A DNA stretch of 64,000 nt, from NCBI GenBank assembly GCA_023205875.1, contig CP060772.1:124001-188000 (forward strand). Reading direction: 5' to 3'. Every line of letters starts with the position of its first letter. The first letter of the stretch is position 1. Source of the stretch: Chloropicon primus (Eukaryota). The position numbers were made by a program, and so were the translations under genes. The notes beneath the pieces are model-generated. The model saw only the letters and a list, made by a program, of their open reading frames with translations. It was not told where the DNA came from and ran no database searches. Of this stretch, positions 1 to 9,649 are shown one piece after another.

Positions 1-1
1 C

Positions 2-1322
2 TTGGAAAGATTCAGTGGATCAACGTCAAAAGTCTTGAGCGATGGTGAAGCCGAGGAGGTCCCCTTCACTGGAAAGTATCCAGTCATCTTCATTCCCGGG
101 TTGATGGGAAGCCAGCTGGAAGTGACGCTCAAGGACAGGCAGGATCCACCCAACTGGCTTTGCAGGAGAACGAATGAGAAGTGGGAGAGAATTTGGATAA
201 TTGACGATGTGCACTTGCTTCCGGAGCTCGTGGACTGCTGGCTCCAGACGATTAATGTGCGTTGGAACGCAACTTCGGGCAAGCTTGAGCCTTGGAGCGA
301 GGGGATCGAGAGCAGGTACAAGCCAGGGTTCGATGGAGCGATGAACCTGGGGCCGAATACGGAGGTCCTATCGCCCATTGCCCAATGGATGAGTGAAGAA
401 TTCGGTTACAAGGTAGGCGTGGACCTCGTGGCCCAGCCTTACGATTGGAGGGCAGGGCCTGAGACTTGGATGAAGGCTGGAGGAGTTTTCGATGAGATGA
501 AGGCTTTGATCGAGAAGACGGTGGACTCGAGGCCAGGCAAAGAACCAATCGTCGCTTGGAGCATTTCCATGGGAGGTCCATTCTTCTCCCTGTTCCTTAA
601 CAAGCACGTGAGCGAGGAGTGGAAGGCGAGGTACATCCACACCTTCTTCAGCGTGTCCGGAGTGATGTCAGGCTCAGTGATCGCCCCTTTCGTTTCGTTT
701 TCTGGAACCAAGTTCGGCGGCGGCATCCCGTCGTTCCTCAAGTCGGCTCTGGATCAATTGGCCACAGAGCTCTCGAGCATTGCTTGGATTTATCCTCACG
801 ACGATGCTTTTGGGGACAAGCCGATCATCCAAACCACGGAAAGGAACTTCACCTCGGCCGAATTAGGGGAGGCTCTCCTCAAAGTCAACAACAAGCAGCA
901 AGCCACCCTGCTGAAGAAGAACTTGCACCTGTACGGCCTCCAAGGCCTCGTGCCAAACGTTACCACTTACTGCATGTCTGGCTATGGCGTCCCCACCTTT
1001 GGCGCTCTCGACTACGGTGAAAAGCTTGAGTATGGGAAGATTCCGAAGACAATCATGACGGACGGGGACAACTGTGTTCCTGTCGAGTCACTCAGAGTCT
1101 GCGACGATTTTGGTCTCCATCAGGAGCAACCCGTCTTCCCTTACCACATCTACAATCAAACCCACGGCGGTCTGGCAGGCGACACGGTAAGTCCGTCCAT
1201 CCAATGTCATGTGCCACGAAGAATCGGTTTGCTGACCCCCACTCCCCTCTCTCTCTGTCTCTCTTCTCCTCCTGCAGCAAACGATGACGCTCTTCGCGCA
1301 GGTCTTCACAGGCATCCTGTAG
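2..1322 (+). CDS. LCAT / group XV phospholipase A2 family acyltransferase, 5'-truncated by the window; exons <2-1186, 1278-1322
   Basis: PVIFIPGLMGSQL, PYDWR, SISMGG nucleophile elbow, DGDNCVP Asp and THGG His. GTAAGT donor at 1187, CTGAC branch, CAG acceptor at 1277, phase 0, giving QTMTLFAQVFTGIL*. Confidence 0.85.
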
Positions 1323-1723
1323 AAAGGCATCTGCCACTCCTTTGTGAATTAACATACAATCATGAAGCCCTATCCTTGCATAGGAAGCCTTGCCCGTGTA
1401 TCTTGTAATCCTACAAACGCTTACTTTCATCGTGCTTATTTTCACCGATGACTTGTGCTTCTCACCGCCATCCTCTTCCCCTCCTCATCACCCCATCAAC
1501 AAGCGTGAGAACTCTTTTGGAAAGAGGAAGAGACCATGATCACGCAAGAAGAGACCATAGGCACCACCTGCCCATCTTCTCCAACCATTCCCTTCCCTCA
1601 TTAGCATGCGCATGAGCTCCCTCCTACCTCTTTCCCTTTAACTTCTCTCCCCCTCTGCCTGTTGGATCCAACAAACTCAAACTTTGGTGCCAGGTGGAGG
1701 CCAAGGTGGTGGCCTTGGTGGCC

Positions 1724-4191
1724 ATGGGCGACGATATACAACTCCAAGCGGCGATCTATGCTAGCCTGAGGTCTCAAGGTGGCAGCAGTGGCACATCAAG
1801 CGGCGGTGGTCGAAGTCTAAGCAGTTATGGAAGCTCCAGTCACAGTCACTTGAGGTCAGGAGTGAGGCACGCCTCTGGACCTACCTGGTCAGCAAACTTT
1901 AGGAGCGCTAGTGGTCACGCACAGAACAAAGCCAAGGCAAAGACACGTTCCAGTGCATTGAAGAAGGAGGGAATCCTTCCAGCGAGGAAGGCGAGGTGAG
2001 TCTCACGAGGGGAAGATCTTCTTCCTCAAACTTGGTCGTGATAAGATATGGTTCCTGTGCCAGCTTTGGCCTCTGCTTGAAGTTGCCACTGGCAGGGTCT
2101 GACAACGCCGAGCAAACTTCCTTTCCTTCCGTGAATGAATGAATGAATGAATGGCGATGCGCAGCTCGAGCAGCTCCAAGCCGGCCACCAGTGGCAGCAG
2201 CCACCGCAGTCAAGTCAACAAGAGCAAGTACTCGGGAGGCGAAGTGGGAAACAGTGTCCTCGATAACTTGAACAAGAGGTTTGGCCAGGAAGGTGGGCTC
2301 AATGCCTTGGGTTCTGAAAGCAGCGAGAGGAGACCCTGTGGCACCTCCACCGGTGGTGGCTCCTCGTGGGTCAAGTGGACCGAGGGGGGAGGGGCATACA
2401 AGTGGTGGAAGGCATCATCATCATCGGCCGACGAGACGGGGAAAGGAAACGGTGGAGGCACGGGGGGAACCTTGGAATATTTCGGGGGTTCCAAGCAGTT
2501 CTGCGTCATAAGGTGAGTTCAAGCACGGTCCGACCTGAACTCCAAATCGCTGGGATGGGTTCATTGACTCCGCTGCTTCTCGTTGCTCTGTCTTCGGATG
2601 CAGGTACCGCCCGAAAGCCGAGGACGATGCCGATGGACACCAAGCGCTCAGGGGAGGAGGGGGCTCGTCTGTGCGGGTCGGCATGCGTTTCAAATGCGCC
2701 CATGCCGCACCAGCAAGTGGTAAGTGACACTTTTTCCCGTTTCATCTCTTGAGTTCGCTAACGATCGCGCCTTGGCTTCTTTTCGGTCGCACGACGACGG
2801 CGCGGACATCGAAAGGCCACGTGCCCGCCTTTCACTTGGTGCTCTGCCGGAGGAAGTCCTCGCCAAACGAGACCTTGGCACTGGCGGTGGACACGAAAGA
2901 AAGGGTGCTGAGCCTCGAGGTGTTTCACATCGGGGAGACCCAAGCAAGCCGGGTGCGGACCTTGCACACCTGGAGCTGTCGAGATCTGAGGCCCGGCGTC
3001 TTCAATGGCCTCGTCGTCGAAAGCAGAGCGGACAACAACGAGAGCGGATCCCAAGATGTTGTCCCAGAAGGAATTACCTTGAGCATCGTGTGCAATGACA
3101 CGTCCGTGGCCGAGAGCGTTGCGATCCGAGACGACGACGGCGTCGGGGAAGTCACGCCCGTCGTGGCGTTGGGCGTGAGCAGGTCCAGATTGGAGTGGGA
3201 CGACCTGGTGGTGAAGCCCGGGACCGGGACGGGCTTGGGCATCCGGTCTATGTCGAGGTTCAGGGGCAATGACATGTCCCTCGTTCAAGCCATCGAGGAG
3301 GAGATGCTGGAGATCGAGAATCCCATCACTTTTGATGACATCGCCAGCTTGAAGGGAGCGAAAGAGCTCCTCAATGAGGCGGTCACCTTGCCCCTGCTGA
3401 TCCCCGAGTTCTTCGTCGGCATCCGGGAACCGTGGAAGGGAGTCCTTCTGTTTGGTCCTCCCGGGACAGGAAAGACGCTTCTCGCGAGGGCGGTCGCCAG
3501 CATGTCGGACATCCGCTTCTTCAACTGCTCGAGCGCCGCGATGACTTCCAAGTGGCGAGGCGAGTCCGAGAAGCTCTGCAAGGTCTTGTTCCAGATGGCG
3601 AGGCATTACGCTCCCTCGATCATCTTCTTCGACGAGGTGGACGCCCAGGTGTCCCAGAGGGGCCAGGACGGGGAGCACGAGGCCTCCAGGAGGTTCAAGA
3701 GCGAGCTCCTTTCCCAGATGGACGGCATCGCCTCGGGGGACGCCTCCTCGGGGAAGAACGTGATCGTCCTCGCGACGACCAACTGCCCCTGGGATGTGGA
3801 CGAGGCCATGAGGCGGAGGCTGGAGAAGCGGATCTATATCCCTTTGCCGGACGAGGACGCCAGGACCGAGATGTTCAAGATCTACCTCAAGTCCTTGGTC
3901 CTGGACGAGGGCGTCGACGTGCGGGAGCTCGCGGGGAGGACGCAAGGGTTCAGCGGCGCCGACATCAAGCTCCTCTGCCGAGACGCTTCCATGATGCCGA
4001 TGAGGCGAGTCATCCTGAACAAGACCCCCGAGCAGATCAGGCAGATGAAGCTCCAGGGTCAGCTGGACAGCGTCAAGATTCCCTTGTTGCGGGACGACTT
4101 TGACAAGGCCTTGTCCAAGATGCAGCCCTCCGTGTCCCCGGACGCCGTCGCCCGGTACGAGAAGTGGAAGAAGGAGTTTGCCTCCGAGTGA
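1724..4191 (+). CDS. Katanin p60-like AAA ATPase with a long N-terminal extension; exons 1724-1995, 2165-2512, 2604-2719, 2816-4191
   Basis: EPWKGVLLFGPPGTGKT Walker A, IIFFDEVD Walker B, SKWRGESEK pore loop, EHEASRR, TNCPWDVDEAMRRRLEKRIYIPLP, Vps4-type C-terminus YEKWKKEF. Three introns with matching phases (2,2,1) join the upstream ORFs. Confidence 0.85.
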
Positions 4192-4343
4192 GACGAGCAT
4201 CGTGATGAGAAGAGGTGGAAAAAGAGGTGGAAGGTGGGGTGGGGATAGTAGTAGTAGAAGTAGGAGAATTAATTCCATCGGGTTTCTATCGGAAAACGGC
4301 CGACCGACGACCGTTATCGTCCCCATCGTCCTCATCTTTCCCT

Positions 4344-4638
4344 CTCTTCGTGCGTCATTCTGATCAAGTGGGGGCTCGTTTTGGAAAGGGGAAAAAGAGA
4401 CGGCGGTGGTCCCCGGCACCGTCCCCCGAAACCCTTGGCCCCCATCGCCCTCCCCTCCTCCCTCCGCCACCACAATCGCCATCTCTTCGTCCCTGGACTT
4501 CCAGCTCGTGCGTCATTCTGATCAAGTGAGGGCTCTTCGGAAAGGGGAGGATGAAGGGAAAGAAAGGAGACGGCGGTGGTCCCCGGCACTGTTCCCCGAA
4601 AACCCTTGGCCCCCATCGCCCTCCTCTCCTCCCTCCCT
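4344..4638. repeat. Imperfect tandem duplication, about 156-bp unit, containing the GGAAAG intergenic motif
   Basis: GTGCGTCATTCTGATCAAGTG...GACGGCGGTGGTCCCCGGCAC...CCCTTGGCCCCCATCGCCCTCC occurs twice. Confidence 0.85.
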
Positions 4639-4958
4639 CGAAACCGATGAAAGAGAAAGATGACACCGATGCCTTATCCAAGATCTCTCCGTTAATTTAC
4701 GTATCGCATTCTCATTGGCTCTCGCGGCAGACCTCGGGAGACGGCGACCTTTGTCGAGGAAGCAAGCAACGACGACGTGCGTGCAAGCGAGAGAGTGACG
4801 TACCAATCGAAAGAGCGTCTCGCGATCTTTCCAAAGACACCTTGGTTGCTTCATTTGGCCCTCGGAGTGCTCGACGAGACCTCTGCATCGCCTTCGACGT
4901 GTTGAAGATTCCTTTGAAGCATTGAGCCTAGCCCTAGCCTAGCGTGGTCTCGAGAGGG

Positions 4959-6269
4959 ATGAGGAGCATGAGGTCGGCGAGGACGGCGAGGCCTTTAGGT
5001 CAAGCGCACGGTATCCAACTCCATGGCGCGTGCGCGAGGCCTCGGTCGCACAACAACCGTCGTGAGGTGTTGACGAGAGCTACGGCGAGTCCACAGACTG
5101 TGGAAGACAGAGCCCAGGACAAGAAAGGTTTCCTGGAGGCATTCACGGGAGGAGGCGTGGAGGGCATTGATCCATCACCGCAAGTTGTTTGGGGACAGAA
5201 CATCTTGCCCAGTGAGATTGCTGAGTTGAAGGCGGGGTCGAGTGCGGGTGCGGACGGGCTCCCTCGGGTGGAGCCCTCGGAGGGCGTCGTGTTCGGTGAC
5301 CTGGAGGCGGAGAGGGATGACCTGAGCGCCAAGCGTGAAGAGATTGTGGAGCTTCTGAAGGAGAATGGAGCGGTTCACTTCACGGGGTACAAGCTGATGC
5401 AGGATGCTGCGGGGTACCATGACTTTTACGATATTTTGGGGCTCGACCCATGCCTGGACCCGATCCACTCGGTGGCGGCTCGTCCGGTGAGCAGCGCGGA
5501 GCACAAGATCTACGAGGCGGTGAACAAGCCAAGCAGGTCGAACTACATCGTTGGCATGCACAACGAGATGGTCGGGACGCAGGCCCCGAGGTACGCGGGG
5601 TTTGTTTGCTTCAAGCCCGCCGACGAGGGCGGGGAGTTCTGGACCGTCGGCGGCAACGACTTCTTCCACGAGCTCTCCACGCCTCTGCTGGAGAAGATGC
5701 AGAGGAAGAAGGTCATCTTCAGCGTGGTGGAGTTCCCCATGGGATTCCTGAAGAACCTCGACGAGGGGGTCAGGGAGAACGTCGCCAAGCCGCTGATCAA
5801 GAGCCTGATGGGCTTTGCGGTCGGTTTCAAGGTGGATTTCGACGTCTTCTTTCGCTTCGTGGAGGAGGGCTACGACGGGGACATGGCGCTCCAGGGCTAC
5901 GCCTCGCCCCAGCCGGCCGTGATCCGGGACCCCGTGAGCAACTTGCCCGTCGTCTTCTGCAACTTGCACTCGCACTCCAAGTTTTTGCGCGACGACCGTC
6001 AGAAGAAGCTGGGAGCCTTGAAGAAGACCACCGGCGCGAGCCAGGCGAACAAGACGGACTGCTCGTTCGGCGACGACGAGCCGTTCACCGACGAGGAGCT
6101 CCTCGAGGTCGACAGGGCCGTCATGAAAGTGGTGAAATTCATTGACATGAAGAAGGGCGACGTGGTTCTGCTTGACAACTACAGGACGATGCACGGGAGA
6201 GGCACCTTCAAGGGATCGAGGCACAACGCGGTCGCCTGGTTCTCCGGATTCGTGAAGGGCCGAAAGTAA
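4959..6269 (+). CDS. TauD/TfdA (clavaminate-synthase-like) Fe(II)/2OG dioxygenase, probably plastid-targeted
   Basis: GAVHFTG, MHNE (HxE), GGEF, KGDVVLLDNYRTMHGR; Arg/Ala/Ser-rich N-terminus. Confidence 0.8.
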   Translation: MRSMRSARTARPLGQAHGIQLHGACARPRSHNNRREVLTRATASPQTVEDRAQDKKGFLEAFTGGGVEGIDPSPQVVWGQNILPSEIAELKAGSSAGADGLPRVEPSEGVVFGDLEAERDDLSAKREEIVELLKENGAVHFTGYKLMQDAAGYHDFYDILGLDPCLDPIHSVAARPVSSAEHKIYEAVNKPSRSNYIVGMHNEMVGTQAPRYAGFVCFKPADEGGEFWTVGGNDFFHELSTPLLEKMQRKKVIFSVVEFPMGFLKNLDEGVRENVAKPLIKSLMGFAVGFKVDFDVFFRFVEEGYDGDMALQGYASPQPAVIRDPVSNLPVVFCNLHSHSKFLRDDRQKKLGALKKTTGASQANKTDCSFGDDEPFTDEELLEVDRAVMKVVKFIDMKKGDVVLLDNYRTMHGRGTFKGSRHNAVAWFSGFVKGRK

Positions 6270-6391
6270 AGCACAAGCCTTGCTTGCTTTGGTCCCCTCT
6301 TGTTTTGTTGTACAATAAAGATAAACCTCCATTTTTGATAGACGGAAACACACACACATTTTTGGTTTGGTTCGCTTCGCTCCAACCGTGT

Positions 6392-7075
6392 TCACCTTGG
6401 CTCGCGTGTGCTGGCCTTACCGCAAAACGTGGAGAAGTACCGCCGCGGGGTGAGAACCCAGTGCCCGCCCTCGTCCGCGCAGGCCGAGAGCATGAGCTGC
6501 GACGTGGTCTCATTCGACGCGAACACCTCGTATTGTGGCCCATTACGCTTCAACACCCGTTCGAACCCACCCAAGTCTCTCACCCCACTCTGCCTTGCCT
6601 GATACAGCAGCTTCAGAGGGGCAAGGGCAATGTCACACACCGTCTGCAGGAAAGTGTCCGCGTCCTTTGCGCCAGCACAACTCCCGTGCTTGTGCCACTC
6701 GTGTTCCTGGAACAATACTTGGTGATCCGTGGTGCAGTTGGGGTCGCCAGTGTAGCACTGGTAGCAACCAACCACCTTGGATGGCTCACTCAGTGGATCT
6801 TGCGGCTGAACGCATTGACTGTTCCCGTAAGGCGCCACCTCTGGCCACAAGCCGTGCACCATCGGGTACGGGTGACCGTACACCGCGCCGCCCGTAACGT
6901 TCTGGACGCCGGACCCCAACCCAGTCATAACGGCCAAGACCCCACAAAGGGTAACGCCTGGGCCACAATCCATCGCCATGGCACTAAGCACGACAAAAAA
7001 TCCAGACAAAGCGAAAGCTTTCCCCCTTCTCCTCCTCCTCCTCCTCCTCCTCCTTCTTCTCTCTCCCGTCAGCAC
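6392..7075 (-). CDS. Ribonuclease T2 family protein (start uncertain; first ATG at 6979)
   Basis: CAS I MVHGLWP and CAS II FQEHEWHKHGSC, with multiple Cys. Confidence 0.85.
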   Translation of the reverse strand: MLTGERRRRRRRRRRRRGKAFALSGFFVVLSAMAMDCGPGVTLCGVLAVMTGLGSGVQNVTGGAVYGHPYPMVHGLWPEVAPYGNSQCVQPQDPLSEPSKVVGCYQCYTGDPNCTTDHQVLFQEHEWHKHGSCAGAKDADTFLQTVCDIALAPLKLLYQARQSGVRDLGGFERVLKRNGPQYEVFASNETTSQLMLSACADEGGHWVLTPRRYFSTFCGKASTREPR

Positions 7076-7144
7076 CCCTCTCAGCTTCTATCCCTCTCTG
7101 CCGTCCTTCCTCTCTCCGAAGCGAAAGCTCTCGCCTCCCGACGC

Positions 7145-7360
7145 CAAACCAAGCAAGCGACCCACCAATCGAAAGCTCGTGAGATCCAATTTCGTATGAC
7201 ACCCTCCTCTTCTCCTCTCGTCGCCGTCTCCGTCGTCACCGTCCTCGACAAGGCAGGCCTCTCAGGTGGTTTCTGCTTCGAATCTTGTCCTCCCAGTCGA
7301 TGCCTCGATCACTCCGAGCGCCAAATGGGTCGATGAAGGTATCGACAGAAAGCTCGCGAG
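7145..7360. repeat. Dispersed intergenic repeat; reverse-complement copy at about 29695-29910
   Basis: CGTCACCGTCCTCGACAAGGCAGGCCTCTCAGGTGGTTTCTGCTTC and GATCACTCCGAGCGCCAAA are shared with the 29.7-29.9 kb region. Confidence 0.85.
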
Positions 7361-7666
7361 GTCTAGTTTCTCACGACGCCCTTCCCTTCTCCCCTTTCCC
7401 TCGTCCTCGTCGCACACTTCACTTGGCGCTCTTTCCGCCAGTATTCACTAGCAGTTGTCGCCCTTCATCGATCGTTTAGTGGTGCCGCGTTCACCTTCGC
7501 AGGTGAGTGAGCGAGGACGAGTGCGTCGGTGGCGATAAAGGAGCGCATCGTTGGAAAGAGTGTCGCGCGATCTTTCCGAGGAGTGGTCGCACGACGGGAA
7601 TGGCGTCGTAACGAAGTTTTGAGAGACTGAAACGTGTCGATCGGATTCTCTCTCTGTCTCAGCACC

Positions 7667-9583
7667 ATGGTCATGGAGCGTCGTGATCCCATCGCTGATG
7701 GGAGTCTCTTCTCGCCGAAGAGAGCGACGGCGGAGGGGAAGGACTCAAAGGCCGGGTCCACGTCGTCGTCGTCCCCTTTGAACGCTTCATCGATACGTTC
7801 CTCGTTTGAGAACCTGGTTCGTTCGAGCCCTCTGCCGAAAGTATTGCAGAGTATCCAAGGTGCAGGACAAGGAGAACGAGGGAGGGAAGAGACCTCAAGG
7901 TCGGGTTCGGTGGTGGTTGCGGCTCCCAAGGCTGTGAGGGCATCCCTGATTCCTCCACCGAGGTTCACTGAAGCGGAATACTCCACGCAGACCAACTGGT
8001 TGTCACCACCGAAGAGGAAGGACCTCGGGGATGGTCAAGCTCTCGTCCTGTTTGGTGACTGGTGGATCGCACCCACTGGGCAGGCTGCTTCTTCAGGGGA
8101 TGGCTCGAGGCGTTACTCGCTGTGGGGCACGGAGTACTCCTCCTTCATCGATGCTTCGGACAGTTTGAGCTCGCAAGTCATCAGCAGGAGACTGGGGTCG
8201 AGGCTGCTTGCTACCGAGGGGAACGAGGGGGGAGTCATGAAGGTGAAGTTGGTCGGAAGGGTGAATGAGGCAGAGATGCGCCGCTCCTTTGGAGAAAAGG
8301 TCGTGCAGGATTTTGCCGAGGGGGTTCCGGAGAATTGGCTTGACGTCCTTGAAGCGGACGGGGCAGCTGCCGGTGGCGGTGGGAGTCCGGCTCCGAGGGT
8401 GAGTCGGAACGAAGCCCGGGAAGCCCGGGGCGCAATGGCCGAGGTGGATGCATCGAACATTGAGCTGGGAGAAGAGGACAGCGAGACTTTGAGCGATGAC
8501 TTCAGACCACCGCGAAGGAGGGCGAAGGGGAAAAGGCTTTCCATCAAGGCGGAGGAGGACGAGGCGACCACATCAAGGGGCACGCCGCCTGCGAGGAGGG
8601 GTGCGAAGCCTAAGCAGCGAAGCAAGTCTCCCGGGGGGCCCTCCCCACCATCGTCCAGGAGGGGGAGGCCGGGTCGCCCCAAAAAATCGCCATTGGCCAA
8701 GTTCAAAGAAGAGGAAGACGCCGTTGTCAGCACCCAGGCGATCGGTGGCTTCAAGACAAGCAGCAGGGGGAGGAGGATTGTTCCCCGTTTGGATTTTTGG
8801 AAGAACGAGGGGATCAAGTACGACAGGGGTGAGGTCATTGGGGTCAAGATGAAAGAGGAATCGAGTGCCAAGGAGCTGGGCAAGGCTGATGAGCCCAAGA
8901 AGCGGTCCAGGAGGAAGCGAAGGGTGGAGGGGGCGAAAGCACGGGCGCACTCGAAACGCGAGGACCCATCAGCGTCAGAGGGAGAGGCGGACGGATTTGC
9001 CGAGGGTGAGGCTGACGAAGGCCAAGGTGCCGCGGATGAGCTGCTGGATTCCACTCGCATGGACGCAGCGGACGAAGGCGCGGGCGATCCTGATGATGAC
9101 GGAGACTGGACACCGGAGCAGGAAGCTGCCTTGAGTTGGGCCCAGCTTCAGGTTGACCCAACGTCCAGAAACTTCTGGCAGGAAGTTGCCAAGTCTGTTC
9201 CGGGAAACAAGACAGCAGACGAGTGCTTCCAGAAGCATTTCCAGAAGCATCCAACTCCGGTGACCCGAAAGACCAAATCCAGGACAAGCGGTGCTGCTGC
9301 CGGGGACGACACGGTTGTGGCCAATGCGCCCTCCGCTCAAATCAAAAAGCAGATGAAAAAGTTGAAGGGCGGGAGGTGGAAGCGACTGAAGAAGGCGGAA
9401 GACGAACCCAAGGAGAGCGGCGAGCCTGACCCCATGGGCATGACTCAAGCACTTCTCGGCGGATCCAGCAGCCAGCCTAAGACTCTGGCGGCAGCCATCG
9501 TGAGCGCACTTGCTGAGGCTCAGCCTGAAAGGGATGACAACGATGAAGAGGAGGAGGATTTCTACTTCGACGATGACGTTTGA
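7667..9583 (+). CDS. KNL2: KNL2 / Mis18-binding protein 1 (CENP-A loading factor): SANTA + CENP-C-like motif + SANT
   Basis: SANTA-like WWI...SRRLGSRLLAT...LVGRVN...FAEGVPENW; CENPC-k-like TSSRGRRIVPRLDFWKNE; SANT WTPEQEAAL...FWQEVAKSVPGNKTADEC. Confidence 0.8.
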   Translation: MVMERRDPIADGSLFSPKRATAEGKDSKAGSTSSSSPLNASSIRSSFENLVRSSPLPKVLQSIQGAGQGERGREETSRSGSVVVAAPKAVRASLIPPPRFTEAEYSTQTNWLSPPKRKDLGDGQALVLFGDWWIAPTGQAASSGDGSRRYSLWGTEYSSFIDASDSLSSQVISRRLGSRLLATEGNEGGVMKVKLVGRVNEAEMRRSFGEKVVQDFAEGVPENWLDVLEADGAAAGGGGSPAPRVSRNEAREARGAMAEVDASNIELGEEDSETLSDDFRPPRRRAKGKRLSIKAEEDEATTSRGTPPARRGAKPKQRSKSPGGPSPPSSRRGRPGRPKKSPLAKFKEEEDAVVSTQAIGGFKTSSRGRRIVPRLDFWKNEGIKYDRGEVIGVKMKEESSAKELGKADEPKKRSRRKRRVEGAKARAHSKREDPSASEGEADGFAEGEADEGQGAADELLDSTRMDAADEGAGDPDDDGDWTPEQEAALSWAQLQVDPTSRNFWQEVAKSVPGNKTADECFQKHFQKHPTPVTRKTKSRTSGAAAGDDTVVANAPSAQIKKQMKKLKGGRWKRLKKAEDEPKESGEPDPMGMTQALLGGSSSQPKTLAAAIVSALAEAQPERDDNDEEEEDFYFDDDV

Positions 9584-9591
9584 TTTGGGAG

Positions 9592-9628
<37 letters not shown>

Positions 9629-9649
9629 CTTGTAATTCCTATAAATACC

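Noticed and set aside
1187..1408. C-terminal tail of the 468-aa LCAT ORF
   Set aside because: Intron read-through; the spliced stop is at 1322.
2758..4482. Long antisense ORFs (also 5175-6395, 39403-41130, 47282-48760, 57082-58743, 62164-63384)
   Set aside because: Shadows of GC3-rich sense genes; no motifs.
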